Assembly: GCF_009914755.1 (NCBI RefSeq)
Contig: NC_060937.1
Reading direction: 5' to 3' (one strand)
From: the human T2T-CHM13v2.0 reference genome, Homo sapiens
DNA length: 64,000 bases
In this document: positions 1-14,639 of the stretch, piece after piece
Layout: every line of letters starts with the position of its first letter
Numbering within the stretch: position 1 is the first letter of the stretch
Made by a program: the position numbers and the translations under genes
The notes under the pieces: model-generated
Databases searched by the model: none
What the model was told of the DNA's origin: nothing
The model's input: only the letters and a program-made list of their open reading frames with translations

Positions 1-97
1 AGAGATGGGGCTTCACCATGTTGGTCAGGCTGGTCTTGAACTCCTGACCTTGTGATCCACCCTCCTCGGCCTCCAAAAGTGCTGGGATTACAGGCGT
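1..97 (-). mobile_element. AluS fragment cut by the window edge
   Basis: Antisense Alu left arm: ...ggctggtcttgaactcctgacc...gtgctgggattacaggcgt. Confidence 0.9.
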
Positions 98-99
98 AA

Positions 100-1745
100 T
101 TTTGTTTTCTTAAGCTCTCCTTGCAGGTTTCAGAATTGAAATGCTGCCAACCTTATACATTGAATTAAGGAGTATTTTCTCTTTTGCTCAACTCTGAGGT
201 AGATTTTTGTAAGGTTGAAATTATTTGTTCCTTGAACATTTGGTAGAACTCGCTGGCAAAACCAACTGTGTTTTCTGCATGGGAGGATTTTAAACTGATG
301 ATTCAAGTTAAAACCTTAAAAAAGGTTTTAAGATTATTAAAGTTTTTGATTTCCAGGAGCTTTTCTAGGAATTTGTTCATCTTATCTAAGTTTTCAAATT
401 TATTTGGCTTAGAGTTGTTTATAACATTCTTTTTTTTTTTTAATATCTACTGCATGTAGTTATATCATCTTTTTTATTCCTAAAAATGTGTATTTGTGCC
501 TTGTCTTTTTCTTGTTCAATACTGCTACTACTTTGTCAATATTGTTCTTTCAAAAAATCCAGTTTTTGGTTTTGTTAGTAATCTCGACTGTATTAACTCT
601 CTCAGTGATGAACTCCCAAGTGGCCCAAATCTCGTTTCCCGAGCAGTGCTACAATGTCCACCCTAGAATATGTCTCCTTATGCATCCGTGTGGGGATGTA
701 CACTCTACATTCTACTCAAGAGTAGAATTTCTGGACCACAGGGAATGCATGTGTCTAGTTTGAGTAAGTAGGGCTGATTTATCTCACTACTCCTTTACCT
801 GCAGTGGTTGAGTGTTCCTGTGTCTCCCATCCCCACCTAACACTCAGATTCATTTACCTTTCTCATTTTGGTGTTTTAATAGGTATAAAGCAATAAGCAT
901 TTTTAGAAAAAAAGGTGTGTTCTTGGGTTACCATTTTTGGTACATTTTATCATGTGCGAGTTGCCTTTTTGAAGTGTTCTTCTGTATTATTCCCTATTCA
1001 CATATTTTGCCTGTTTTTTTTTTTTCCTATTATAGTTTCTGTCTTTTGCTCATTGACTTACAGGTATTTCTTAGATATTCTATTTATTAGTCTTTTTGCC
1101 AGCTTTAGACATTGCAAATATCTTCTCCTATTTTATTGGTTAATTATTAATTTTTCCCATGGTTTATTTTGCTGAACAGAAATATTTATGTTTAATATAA
1201 TCGAATTAATCAATTCTTTTGTCTAATTGTTTATGCTTCTAAAGTTTTGTTTAAGAAGTCTTTTCCAACACTAGACTACAAAGAAAATCTGTTTTCTACA
1301 AGAAACTTTATCTTCTTACCTTTTATATTCATGTCTTTAATTCATCTAGAGTTTATCTCTGTATGTAGTGTTAGGAAGGTATCCAGTTTATTTTCCTCTA
1401 TATAGCCAGGCAGTTTTTCTAACAGTATTTACTAAACCATCTGTTTTCCCCATTGATTTTTGATGCCACATTTATTGCAAAATAGGTTCCTAGGTGTCTA
1501 TGATTCTGTTTCTGAGTTTCTTGAACCCAAACCATATTGTTATTACTGTTTAAAGAGTGTCTTAAGTCTGCTAGGTCAAACACTCTTTCTTAAAGGTCAA
1601 CTTAACTATGCATAAGCATTTACTTCTTCACCTAAATCTTAGGTTACATTTGTTGAGTGTCTCAGAAAATCCAAATGGGATTTTGATTTGGATTGCATTA
1701 CATTTATTGGTTAATTTGGGGGAAATTGACTTCATCAAAATTAAA
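100..1745 (-). mobile_element. Old, degenerate L1M ORF2 fragments
   Basis: T-rich sequence with antisense L1 hallmarks (tttggtagaactcgctgg; gggattttgatttggattgcatt...ttgggggaaattgac). Confidence 0.7.
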
Positions 1746-4639
1746 AATTTCTATTCAGACTACACATATCTTACAAAATACTCATATTCAGAATACACAA
1801 AGACAGAAGGATAATATCACAATGCACTAAAAGGAAATAACAAGCCACCCAGAGGCACAGAGAAGGCGCCCACACCTGCACTGGCCAGCACCCCACCCTA
1901 CATCAATACCACCTCCCGTGCAACAGCACGAACCATCCCCTTCCTCTCAATGCCTGTGGATGTACCAAAGAAGAAGGGAAGCTTGCAAGGCCTCCAGTCT
2001 GCTGGGATCTTCAGGCCTCTTTCTTGTTTTCCAATTGTGGGGCAGTGTCTAGGAAAGTTATGCAAATATGACTTGCTATTTTTAATTTCTTGAAAAAGTC
2101 TTGAGGGCTTCCTGGGAGGTATGTTTACCATTTTGAGGTGATGGCTGGTTGGTGCTTATTGTCTTGTGTATCCAATGGATAAGGGGCCTGTGAGGCTAAC
2201 TGTAAATGACTTGGCCCCTTGGTACGGTACTGATATTCTATACAAAGCCAGCAGCTCAAGTGGCTGTGCCCCTGCCCTCCAACACACTGCCCCCGGATGG
2301 TTTTACTTGAGACAAACCTCTTTTACTTTAAAGAAGGTTTTTATATTGGAACTGAGACTTCTGATAGAGAAATATTTGCTTTGTTTGATACGATCTTGGC
2401 AAAGAAGGTTCATTTTACCAGTTGCTGGCTAATGTCCTAGCTTGGGAAGAGCAATAATCTCATTAATGAATTATCTCTTACTTACAAGACAAACTGGACT
2501 CATTTGTTTCCTTAAAAAGACGGTGTCATTGATTAAAGATGGTCATTAATGACCACTAATAAATGCATCTGTTCACCATTCAAAGATGTTTGATATTTGC
2601 ATTTAATGCTAGGAAGCAAAATAGACAGTTCTCTGGATAAACCATATGTCTCCAAGTTATCTTAAGGATGGCCTCACAGTTCTAAATGGTAATAGTAAAA
2701 AGTATTTAAATACACCTGAATTGAATACATAGGCATAGAAATATCCACTTGTAACTCTTAAATTGGGAAGTGATGCTAACTCTTTGCTAAATTATATGCA
2801 GAACCTACTGCCAGTGATCATGCTATTGAGGATACAATTCACAAGCATGTTGATATCCAAGATAATGAGTCTGACTATAACAAAGCACTTAACTGAAGCT
2901 CCACAGCCAAAATGGAATCTATCATGCCAATTCAGGAACCTAAAACCAAAGTCGAATGCTAATTTTTACAAAAAGGCATCAAAGTTTTCATTTTCTAAAA
3001 GTCGACTGAACTGGGTTGGATTGAAACCCAAGCCTATGCATTATTAAAATAATTGAATTGGGCTATCAAAAAAAATCAGACTGAAGTTGAATCAGACTTC
3101 CATATGTTCTTGATTATAGATAACATGTTCCTCCTTTATAAGTTAAATTGGGGTTTTTGAGAGGGAATGGCAGTTGTGCTATCAGACAATGAAATGGTGG
3201 GACTCAATGCGATTAGGCTTTGGAGGGAAGGCATAGATGTGCCGAGAATCACAACGTGCTCCCTGGCCCTCCTGTGGTGACCGTGAGTGTCCGTGCTTCC
3301 TTTACATGCCATCTATGTGTCCATCTAATAGTCTACAAGATAGTGTTGGCTGAATTCAGGGTTAGTCATTGTAGCCTGGCTGGGACTGACCATGTGGGGG
3401 ACAAAATCAGCTGGACTGACTGAGTCACAGGCCACTTATTTGGGGGCGTAGAGCCACATCCTGCCGGTTGTAGTTTTCATGAATGGCCGAGGAAACATTT
3501 GCAAATGACATGGCTTCAGAACTCCCACCGGCTGTGCTATGTTTTCCGGGTGAGCCTGATTGCTTTTGGCTCTACCCAGTGCAGTGTTTTCCATCAAATC
3601 AGTCTTTCCTCTGCGAGGGTATTTATTACGTGCCATTTTGAAAATAAAATAAAAGGGATGTGGAGCAATCATCCAGCAAAACCATAGAACATTTTATTAT
3701 CCTAGACGGTGAGGGGTCAGGTTTGACATACAACGCTGGGAGCGGCGATGGCCGAACAATGTGCTACTAAAGCGTGATTTAATGAGGCTTGGAGGATTTA
3801 GTTCAGTCAGAAAAGTTCCACTCTGTCTTGGGCAGAGGAGAAGCTGAGCTGGTGTGGTCAGCTGACCTAGCGGCTTCTCACCAGGTAGGCCTCCGCCGGC
3901 AGCCTCTGTTTGTTCGGATCCCAGACACAGTTGTCAGGGAGACTTGAGTGCTGGAAACCTCTGACTGATTTAGTGGACCCCAAACATGGCGCAGCTTCCC
4001 TGTTGCTTCTGTTTTACAAGGCCAGCAGTTAATTCAACAAAAGCCTGAATTCATTTCCCTCTATATGCATTGACTGTCAGCTAAGAGCTGGCGGCCATCA
4101 ACTTCATTAAAAAAAAAAAAAATCCCATTTCACTGGAATTGAGGGCCTTTGCCCTCTGACACATGGCAGCATGCTCTCTCGGGCAACGCTTTTTGTTTCA
4201 CACTTTTCCAGGAGAAAAACTCATTAGCAGATAGTGGCTGATCATCAAGTCATTGCAAGTAATCATACACATCATTCTGATCCAGCTGAATTAAATCCAC
4301 CAGTTATACTTCATTATTGTGTTGGCAGAACCTCAGCCTTTGAGTTATGAACTAAGACACTCAGGGACAAGTTCAAGCATCCTTTTGTTATCTTCTTTAT
4401 TGAGTTAGATGTGTTTATTGAATATTTATCTAGTAACTATGGTATGCTTGGTTCCATGGGGAGTGAATGGGGTGTAGAAGAGCTGAAAGCCCTGGTTACT
4501 ATCCTGCAGGGGCTGATGATCTAGAAGGTGAGATAGAACACACATAAAGAGATAGGTAACGTTGCACTGTTACATAACCTACAGGCTTTGGGGGAGATGG
4601 CCTTGGCCTAAGATAATATGGTAGTTATCAAGTGATACT

Positions 4640-4787
4640 GTGTCACAGAAACTTTTATAAACATAAAGGTTTAGGTTCCCCATACCAGAGAGCTTGACTC
4701 AACTGATCTGTGGAAAGGCCTGGGCAGCAGTACTTGGAAAAATCACCCTAGGTGATTCCAGTGTGTGGCTAAAGCTGAGAACCACTC
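4640..4787. mobile_element. MER5-type hAT-Charlie DNA transposon relic
   Basis: Characteristic end: ccctaggtgattccagtgtgtggctaaagctgagaaccact. Confidence 0.6.
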
Positions 4788-7700
4788 ATCTGGGAGAGAG
4801 ATGGCTTGGTATTTGGTTTGTTTTGCTTTTTAAAATTTAGGTTCTACTCTGGATTTTGTCCCTCTCCAGGTAAATAGGTGCTTCCTTATATACATCTCAA
4901 TTATTGCCTCACTATCTCTCTATAACAATCTCTTTACAAATCTATTCATCCAGCAAGCCTGGGAGCCTCTCTGAGGGAAAGGACACAGAGTTCTAATCAT
5001 CCTTTTATTCTCGGAACTTGGCACAAAGAAGATGCCCCATGAATGTTTGTTGAATGAAGGAGTGAAGAATGGGCTGGTTGACCTTGAACATGATACATAA
5101 ACTCTCTCCACTTAGGAGCTTTTGTTTCCTGGTTCATAAAGACAAAGGGAGGGAGAGATTTTGCTCTCTCTCCTTTACCTTATAAACATTCTGCACAGCT
5201 ATATCAGAGGTAGATGCCTTCCCCTGATGATTTTGAAGCCCTTTTAGAATAAAGGTGCAATGCAAATTCTGGGCATTCTCATGGATAATTGACCCTGCAG
5301 TAGTACTTTTGTTCTCCTTTTTTGTATCAAGACACAGGTGAATTTTGATGAGCTTGTAGAAGCACTGCTGCTGGTACAATGGTCTACTAATGTCATCTGA
5401 ATGAGATGGATGACTTTTAAAATATTTGTAATATAGCTAGGGCCCAGAATGTGAGAAGGAAATAGCAGCCCAAGAGGGTAGTCACAAGGCCCCAGTAATG
5501 ACCCAGGGGTGGGGGCTGGGGGCTGGTGGTCTCCCCACAGTCCTACTGGCTCATTGACCTCTAAGTCATTCCTCTTTTATTAAAATGCTCTTTTCAAATC
5601 CTATTTGCCAATGCATTTATTTACTTGCTGGGGAGGGGTTCAGGAGTGAGGAGGCTAGTGTTTCCAAGAACATGTTTAGGACACCAGCATTTCTAAGAGA
5701 CCTGTGGTTAGAAATCATCTACAGTGACAAATTAACCATTGATGTCTTTTTTTTCTTCTATGAATTAGTTTAACTGCATTTACAAGCACCTCCCTCACTT
5801 TTGCCTTACCGCAGCCTTTAGTGTGATAAAAATTAACACTCAAACTCTAAGCCACATATACTAGATTACAGGAAGCCTCTGCTTCTCAGAAAACACATTG
5901 GCCATTTAGGTGCTGTAAATATTGTGCTATGGGTTTCTGAAATCCAGGCTTCATTTGTTGATTTGGGGTTTAGAGCCCAGAGACGAGCCTCTTGCAATGT
6001 CTTCATCTTACCTCTGCTCTCTGAAGGCTGAGCTGAGGGCTGACCACCCTCAGCTCACTGAGAAGGAGCTGACCTTCTGCCTTATATTTAATTAGCAGAT
6101 TTTCTCCTTTGAGATCAAAATGCCCTTTAAAAAATGTTCAGGTGAGAAAACTAAGGTCCAAGGGCATCAAAGGTCACCCTTTAAGTTTTTTTTGTCTCTC
6201 TAGAGTGCGTCTTTTCCCGCGGTGCCTCTTGCCTATTTATTTTGGAAGAAAAAATAACATGAATTCAGACTGTCACTTGGGAAATCGGTATTATTTAAAG
6301 GTGAATTAAACATTCCCCTCTTCTAAAACTACTCTGGGGAGAGAACAAAGGAAATGTCACATGATTGTGGTTAACACAAAGGTTTTTTTTTTTTCTTTTT
6401 TCCTGGTGTAATGGTAAGCATGTCATGATGAAGGCAGGTTTTGTCAAGACAGCAGGACATAATCAGCGATAGTAATTTCAAGGATTTCAGAGTGAGCTGT
6501 GTGGTTAGATGGAAGTCAGTACCCCAAAGCATCAGGCTGGAGTCAGTTCCTAATGTCACAACACTTCAACTTCTACCTTTAGAGCAGGGTGATTCTGCAT
6601 GTCAAATCTTGAATTTAAATGAATGTGAAGCTCTGTTGGCAAAACCTCACTCCTCTTTGCAGCCACAGCTGGGCAGCCACCAGAGAGTTTTCAGGCTAGA
6701 CATGTTTTCCCCAACATCTGTCAGCTTAGCTAAATCAGAGCTCCAAATGAACAGTGTAATACCCAAGATCATTATCTGGATTTGTGACACTCCCTCCTAC
6801 TTCTCTCTGGAGATTTGGGATTCAAAGTGAAAAACAACATTTGTAAGGGATCAGGAGGGGGAGGATTTTCATCTTTATTATTATTACTAAGTAATAATAC
6901 ATTTTCATTAACATGGTTTTAATAGTATGAAACAAGAGAAGTGAAACATGCCCTCTCCACATCAACATGTTCCCCAGTGCCTTTGGCTTAAGGTACAGTA
7001 TCTGCAACTCATTCAATCCAAGATAAACCTATTAATTAAGCTTGAGTCTACAGGTGCGGTCTACACAGCTGTAATTTTCTGTTCTGAGCTAATGGAAAAT
7101 TTGCAGATGGTCTAGGGGTTTAGCATGTTTTCGCATCAAAAAGATGTGGTCTGTGCTCCAGGTAGAAGGAGAGAGCTAATCCACTAATCAAGTCAACAAA
7201 TATTTATTGAGTGCTACTTGATGCTCAGCTAGATGCTAGTGTTGTAGGGGATCCATGATGAGGAGAGCTTTTGCTTTTAATGAGGAAACATGACTCACAT
7301 TCAAAAGCAGCCTGGCATTGTGGGCAGAGCACAGCATCTGGAATGAGGCTGACCTGGTTTAGAAATCCAGCTTAAAAGTGGTATGATCCTGGAAATTTCC
7401 ATTTCACATGAAAGATACCTCTTTTCTTTATATTAAAATAGGGATATTCGTACCTTTAGAGTTGTTGCAAGCATTAGCAATAACATTTGTAGCGGAACTG
7501 GCATGTTGGAGACACTCCAAAAATATTATTCTAAGATGCTATATCATATAGCATGTTATAATTTGGCCCTTAATAATAGTTTTATAAAGCCTCAGAAACT
7601 AGAGAGAACAGTTCCAGCCAGAATAGATGGGTAACCACTGAGCATAACTAAGGTAGCACTTGGAAATGACAGAATCAAATTCCCGGAAGGGATCTTATAG

Positions 7701-10700
7701 GTTTATTGGCCCAATCAAGTCATTATAGTACAGAAACAGAGGCTCAAATAAGTTCACTTATCCAAACAACTCAATAGTACTGGGAGCAGGTGCTGGGTTG
7801 GACTACACATATGACCCTACTTTGGGAGACGGTGCTATATAGAATGGTGGTTCCCAAGCCTGGTGGAATATCAGGATCTCTTATGGTCTTTTTTAAAAAT
7901 TGACTTTCAAGTGAGCCTGATTCAGGAGGCTTAGAGTGAGGCTCGGAATGAGGCTCAGGAATATGTCTTTTTCAGTGAGTTCCTGCCAGCAGATCCACCC
8001 ACTGAAGCAGCATAAAGAGCCTTGAACTAGGAATCTTAGTCCCAGCACTTCCCGTTTGGCTGTGTGACTTGGGCAAGGCAACCTTTCTATTCTTTGCTGT
8101 CTCATCTGTCTCTTGAAGGGATTTCTTTTGTTGAGATTCTGGTCACCTCCATCTCTCATAATTACTCCATTACACCATTTCAGCTCAAACTGAAATTGAA
8201 GTTTGAAAAGGATCAGGCTTGGAGATAAGGAGAAGGCTAGCATTAGTGGTATAGGGAAGGCGAGACTGAGTGTAGCCTGGCTGGGGAGATTTCCTATAGG
8301 AAAGGAGAGGAAGACTTGGCCACGGGGATGGAGGAGGTTTTCAGTATACAGAATTCTGCGGGGTGGATATGGGTTTTAGGCATTGTTTTATAGAGGAGCA
8401 CTTCCCAATATATATACATATATATATTTTTGGAACAACTGAGCCTTTGAGATGCTCTAAAAGAGATCTTGGTGTCAGTAGGTTTGGGAGATGCTACATA
8501 CATGTACTCTTCATGGTCTAGGAGATTCATGATGCATATTGAGGGCTCTGAGAAGTCTGATTAACCTTACTGAGTCTGGAATGGTTTTTTTTTTTTTTTT
8601 ACTAATTTACTTTTCCATACAGCACTTAAAAAACAACTATTAATGAATGTTCCAACAACTATTATTTAACATATTTGGAAAACACTTAGAAATGACAGAA
8701 TCAAATTTCCAGACATGTGACCCTTATAGAGAACAAGGAGTCATAATAAGTTCTGTGCTCAGTTTTAGAGAAACCTGGGGGAAAAGATCACTTGAAAAGA
8801 TGCTTAAGGAGAACAGGAAATGAACTGGAATTTCTCAGCTTAGAAAAAAGAAGCCTTATGCACTACATTTTTAGTTTTATGAATTGGTATAATGAGGGAT
8901 ATGATTGATTGATCTTCATATTCACTGAGCATAAAGCCAGAAGAAATGGGCTTAAAAGTCAGGCCAAGAGATTTAGAAGTAAGAAAAAGGAAATCTTTCT
9001 GATAAAGGATATAAACTGGAGTAGTTGATCTAGGTAAATTTTGTAATTTCCAGAATCTCATTCATCGTCAGTAATAAAATCAGGAGGATAGACTGACAAC
9101 TCAAGTTCCCTGTACCTTCTTGCCTATCTTTTGATATTCAGGGACCCATGTACGTACATGGGAATCACAGAGCACCCCTGCAGTCTACACAGAGATCCAG
9201 CAGCCTATAAACCTTAGATTTGGAAAGAACTCAACATCTGGTCCAACTTTCTATCGAAGTAGGAGTATTTTCTGCAGGAATCCTGCCCTGTGGCCTTCAG
9301 GAATATGCTGGGAATAAGTCCAGTACTTGGAAAATCATTACTTTTCTAGGCAGCACATTTCATTTATGATTGGCTTTAATTGTTAGAAAGGCAACCTAGT
9401 TATTTGTGTTGGAGCTGCACAAAATATGCTTGTTATTATTTTTTTCCCCGTGGTATGACCATTTAAATGTTTGGAGATGAATGTTGTATGTGCACTAATC
9501 TTTCTCCAAGACAAGTAGTCCAAGCTTTTAGCCATTTCTCCAAACATGTGGTCTCTAGAAACTTCACCATTGTCTGTAAGTTTTCCAGTTTGAGAATGTG
9601 CTTACAACACCGTATCTAGAAATAGAGAATAGGGTTAATCATCACGAACCACACCTGGGTTATGACCTCTTTTGATCTAAGCAGAATCTTAATGCAGAGA
9701 AGCCATATGTGCAGGGCAAGTCCCTCAGAGTTCATACTCTGAGCCATAAGACAAGTCCAGTATGTCCAGAGGGCTGGGCTGGCAGATCCATTTGGTCTAT
9801 TTACATATGGAATCAAGAGGCCACAGAAAGAAAGCCACCATAATGTGAAAAAAAGTTGATGAGCACCAGTGTGGCAGGATAATGGACTCTCAGGAAAGGG
9901 CATTGTGGGTGGGAGTTAGGAGTTAGAAAGGGTTGAACCTATAATTTCTCTAAGTCATCAAATGTAATAGCCAAAGCTGCTTTGTCAACAATATTAGGGG
10001 TGAAAGATGGAGATTCAGGAGGTGTCACAGCAGCCTCTGTGACACATCTTCCCAGGAGTTACACAACCATTACTAGGAATGGGAGAGGAGGTCTCAAGGG
10101 GAGTGTACGTGAGACATCCCTCTAAGATGACTCAGTGCCTTAAAGAAACACTGCTTCATGACTTACTGGGACCACCCCTCATTCCCTCAGACCTCACTAG
10201 CCTGGAAATATGGGCCAGATTTTATTCATTTGTTCAATTCTTTCCTATTTCCAATAAAGAATTGCATTAGTTTTTGTTTCGCAATCATGTCACATAGTTG
10301 ACAGAAACACTTTTTTTCACACAAACCACTATCAATTAAATTCTCTCACCTATTCTAGTAAATTCTTTGAGCCAAAATGCAGAATTTTACATTTGTTCTA
10401 GCTACATTTAATTTTATTTGTATGACTTTATTGATGTTTAAATTTTTTTTTCGAAAGTATTCCTCTTATCTTGGTGTCACCTTCACTTTTGATAAGTAAG
10501 CCTTCAGTTTCTGCCTCAAAGCCTTGGAACATGCCCATAAAGGGATCAGGGAGAGAAAGTTCTGTGGCATGGTACTAGAGAGTTCCTTTGAGTAAGACAT
10601 CAGCCCTTTAATAAACTTTTTGAGTAAAATGTCCAGCTAGCTATTCATTCAGAGTAGGACTGTTTTCCAGCCTGTGTTTCTCCATCTTGGCTGACAGAGT

Positions 10701-11737
10701 AATCAAGAAGGACTATCAAAATGGTTTAATGAAATCAAGATGCATTATGCAATGGCTTGATTTTTTTCTTTCTAGTCGATATTAGTAGGAACTGGGGCTT
10801 GGTGTGAAACTGAAAGTGTACCTTACCAGACAAAGATGTTGCTTCTGGATTATATAGGACTTGCCCTTCCAGTCACAGGCATGTCTGGGAGTTCATTGTG
10901 TAAAAAGCAACATCTGCCTTTGACAGCATCAAGTTCAGATTATTTAAGCAGTGTACAAGGCCTTAGCTGGCTTACATTTTCAGCTTTATTTTTCTTTGTG
11001 TTCTCCTCCTGCTCCAGTTTTCTTAATGGGTCACACTCTTTAAGCTGCCGACTATTGACACCCTGTTTCCACTTCCTGGACACTCTGCTTCCTTTACTCT
11101 GTTTCACTAGCTCTTACTCATTCTTTAGCTTAAGTCTAACTTCCTTGAGTCAGCCAATCCCAGTCCTCGAAGGCTGGATTAAATGTCCTTCCCGTGCACT
11201 CTCTTCCATACTGGGCTTACCCCTTTGACAGCACCTGCCACTCAGGTATCCTTGCCTATGGACTTTTTTTCCTCCCCACTTTGTCATAAACTCCTTGACA
11301 GCAGAGACTGTGTCTGGTACTTAGCAGGTTCTCAAATCAATTCAAGAATTACCAGCTGTGAGATCGTAGGACACTATGATACATTAGAGGACTCTGAAAG
11401 ATCTCAAGGTCCTTTGTCAAAATTTGGACTATGGCTTTGAACAAGTCATTGCCTTTTGGGGCTTTAGTTTCTTTATCTGTGAAATGAAGATGATCTCTAA
11501 GGAGCTAGGCTAATGCAAAGAGCATTAAACCAGAAGCAAGTAGCCTTGACCTGGATCCAAGGAGTGACTTGGGAAAGGTGTTTAACCCATTCACTTTTCT
11601 GAGTCTCAGTTTATTAGATTAAGAGGCTGAACTGTGTGTAGTGTATAAACATGGAGTAAAGTCAGAGACAGATGGGATGCTGTTGAGCAAGTTACTTTGT
11701 GCCTCAGTTTCCTTATTTACAATTTCTCATTACTTGG

Positions 11738-12105
11738 TGATATGGTTTTGCTGTGTCCCCACCCAAATCTCATCTGGAATTGTAGCTCCCATAATCCCCA
11801 TGTGTTGTGGGAGGGACCTGGTGGGAGGTAATTGAATCATGGGGACAGGTTTTTCTGTGATGTTCTTATGGTAGTTAGTAAGTCTCACGAAATCTGATGG
11901 TTTGATAAAGGGCAATTCTCCTACACATGCTCTCTTGCCTGCCACCATGTAAGATGCGCCTTTGCTCCTCCTTCACCTTCTGCCATGATTTTGAGGCCTC
12001 CCCAGCCATGTGGAACTGTAAGTCCATTAAACCTTTTTTTTTTTTTTAAATAAATTACCCAGTCTCAGGTATTTCTTCGTAGAAGTATGGAAATGGACAA
12101 ATATA
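11738..12105 (+). mobile_element. THE1 (C/D-like) MaLR solo LTR
   Basis: Starts TGATATGGTTTTGCTGTGTCCCCACCCAAATCTCATC and ends ...AAATTACCCAGTCTCAGGTATTTCTTC...AATATA. 5-bp TSD CTTGG at 11733-11737 and 12106-12110. Inserted into a MIR. Confidence 0.9.
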
Positions 12106-14327
12106 CTTGGTGGCATTCTAGTGAGGACTAGATGAGCTAACTTCAGTAACTGGTGAAAAGATAAAAATAGGTTGAATATCTACTACATGTTAAGTGCATT
12201 CATAATGTCATAGCATTTTATCCTCTTAACTGATATGGTAGGTTTTGTAAATCTCCATTTTACAGAAGGAAAAAATGGCTTAAGGTCATACTGCTCGTAA
12301 ATGGCAGAACTGGATTCTCAGTATGACTCCAAGCCCATGCGGGTCCCATTTTACTCTGCTGTCCCTGCTTTGTTCAGCACCCGGCTTGAGACCTGGCACA
12401 AAGGCTGTCTGCACCACTCCAGGTCTAAGTCTGGCTCTAGGACTGGCGCTAAGATGAGGCTCTCTGGCCTGCAGATGGAGCAAGGTCTGGGGCTGGAGCC
12501 TGCTGGTGCGGTTGGTACGCTGGCTTGAAGCCCTGCTCACGCACTCTCTCTGGAGCAGGAGGAGCAGGCACAGAGGCATCCAGGCAGCGTGCATGGTTTA
12601 TAAAAAGCCATCAGGAGCACTGTCCTGGGACTGCAGTCATTTATCCGCACTTTTTCCTTGTAAAATGTTACTGACTGTTTTATACCAAGGGCAGTTTACC
12701 CTGAATGGGATGTACAGGCATTCAATTCACCTCTACTTTTTGCCAACTCTGCTTTTCTCCCCCTTGCTTCTGAAGTTATATATGGTTCTGAGAGAGGAAG
12801 CCATTTTCTATCTGAGGGAAAAAAAGAGCTGACGGCTTTAAAGAGAAACCTTTCATCATAGGAAAGAACATTTGGTTGAAGAGATAATGCCTTTGTTTTT
12901 AAAAATGGAATCCTGCATCAGTGGTATTACAGTCTTCTAAAATTGGCCCCCTCTTCCAGTCAGGTGCTAAGAGCTTTACCGAGATGATCGGTATCAGTGT
13001 ACTTTTCTAGGGTAAAATGGAGGATAGATATGATCAGCTCCATTTTTCAAATAGGAAAGTTGAAGCTCAAAGAGGTTAAATCTCTTGTTTAAGACCGCAA
13101 TGGAAGGCTGCTGGAACAAGCAATTTGCCCCAGCCGCTAGGTTAATGGAGGGGGCAGGGGAAGAGAAAACCTCCTCTGAGCCAGGTGGCCCTGCTCTTCC
13201 ACCTCTACCCGCCACTGTCTCATGTATTTCTTCCCTAGTTTGTGAAACTGGTATTGCAGTGCTCAATTTGCACATGAGGCTTGAGTTTCTGTGACATTAA
13301 GCAATTGGCTGAAAGTCACACTTAGTTATTGCAAAGCAGGTCTCAAACCTAAACCTTCTGAGTCTGAGCTTGTTGCCTCCCCAGACCTTCCAGCTGCCTT
13401 CATTAGTGTCCACCACTCGCCTGCCCTGGCTTTTGCAGAGAATCTAAATATAATGGATTGCTGCTGCAGAATGCCAGGATATTTTAATTTATAGAAAAGA
13501 ATAATGGGGTTCAGGTGAATGCCCCCTTCTGTATATTCTCTTTGGAATGAGGCTTAGCTTTATTGCCCTTTCACTTCCCATTAGTTCTAGCTAAAGTGAT
13601 TCCATAATGACATATAAACCCAAACATGAGTAATTGATGGCAGCCTCAGGAGCTTGAGCAGGATAAAACCAGACTGACTAGAATCTCCAGGGTGAAGAAT
13701 TAACATTTATTGGTTTAGTGAAATGAATTTATGTCCCAATAAAGCCAGTTATGGACTAGACAGTGATTTAATGAGGTGCCTTTTGTAAAAAGAACAAATA
13801 TGAACTTCTGGGCCTGGGTTAGATTGTAACTAATATGTCACCCACCAACCAGTTTTATAGATATGTTCAGAAAAATCTATGATATTCCCTTAATTCATGA
13901 AATTTGTGTTTTAACCCATTCTGTCTAGACAGTTGAAAGTTAAAGGGGAATAGAATCAGCATGTCTGAAACTGTGAATGGTACATTTGTTCATCACTCTG
14001 CAAAATCAGGACTCCAAGTGCTCCCAGAAGCTTGAAGAATAAAGATTAGGACAAATGCCACCACAAAAGAAAAGAAATACTGAATCTAGATAGTAAGATG
14101 CCCTTTAGGTCTAAGGTGACCTAGGTCTGCAGGAAGGGGAGGAGGGGCAGAGGGAATAAAGATCTCTGGTACCTTCCCTGGGGTGGAGATGTAGGCAGAA
14201 GAGGACCTCCTTGCCTATGATCCCTTGGTCATTGGACAGCCCATAGCTGCCACTACAAGCCACGTCAATCCCTGCCTGCCACTGCTTTCTTTGCTTCTTC
14301 ATGGAAAGAACAGAGGAATTGGTTGTC

Positions 14328-14623
<296 letters not shown>

Positions 14624-14639
14624 ATTGGTTGTTTTTGAT

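Noticed and set aside
10022-10045. 9-bp hairpin GTGTCACAG...CTGTGACAC
   Set aside because: Within chance expectation for a 64-kb window.
12358-12381. Both REST/RE1 half-sites (GCTGTCC and TTCAGCACC)
   Set aside because: Order and orientation are non-canonical, and the match is too short to call without ChIP data.
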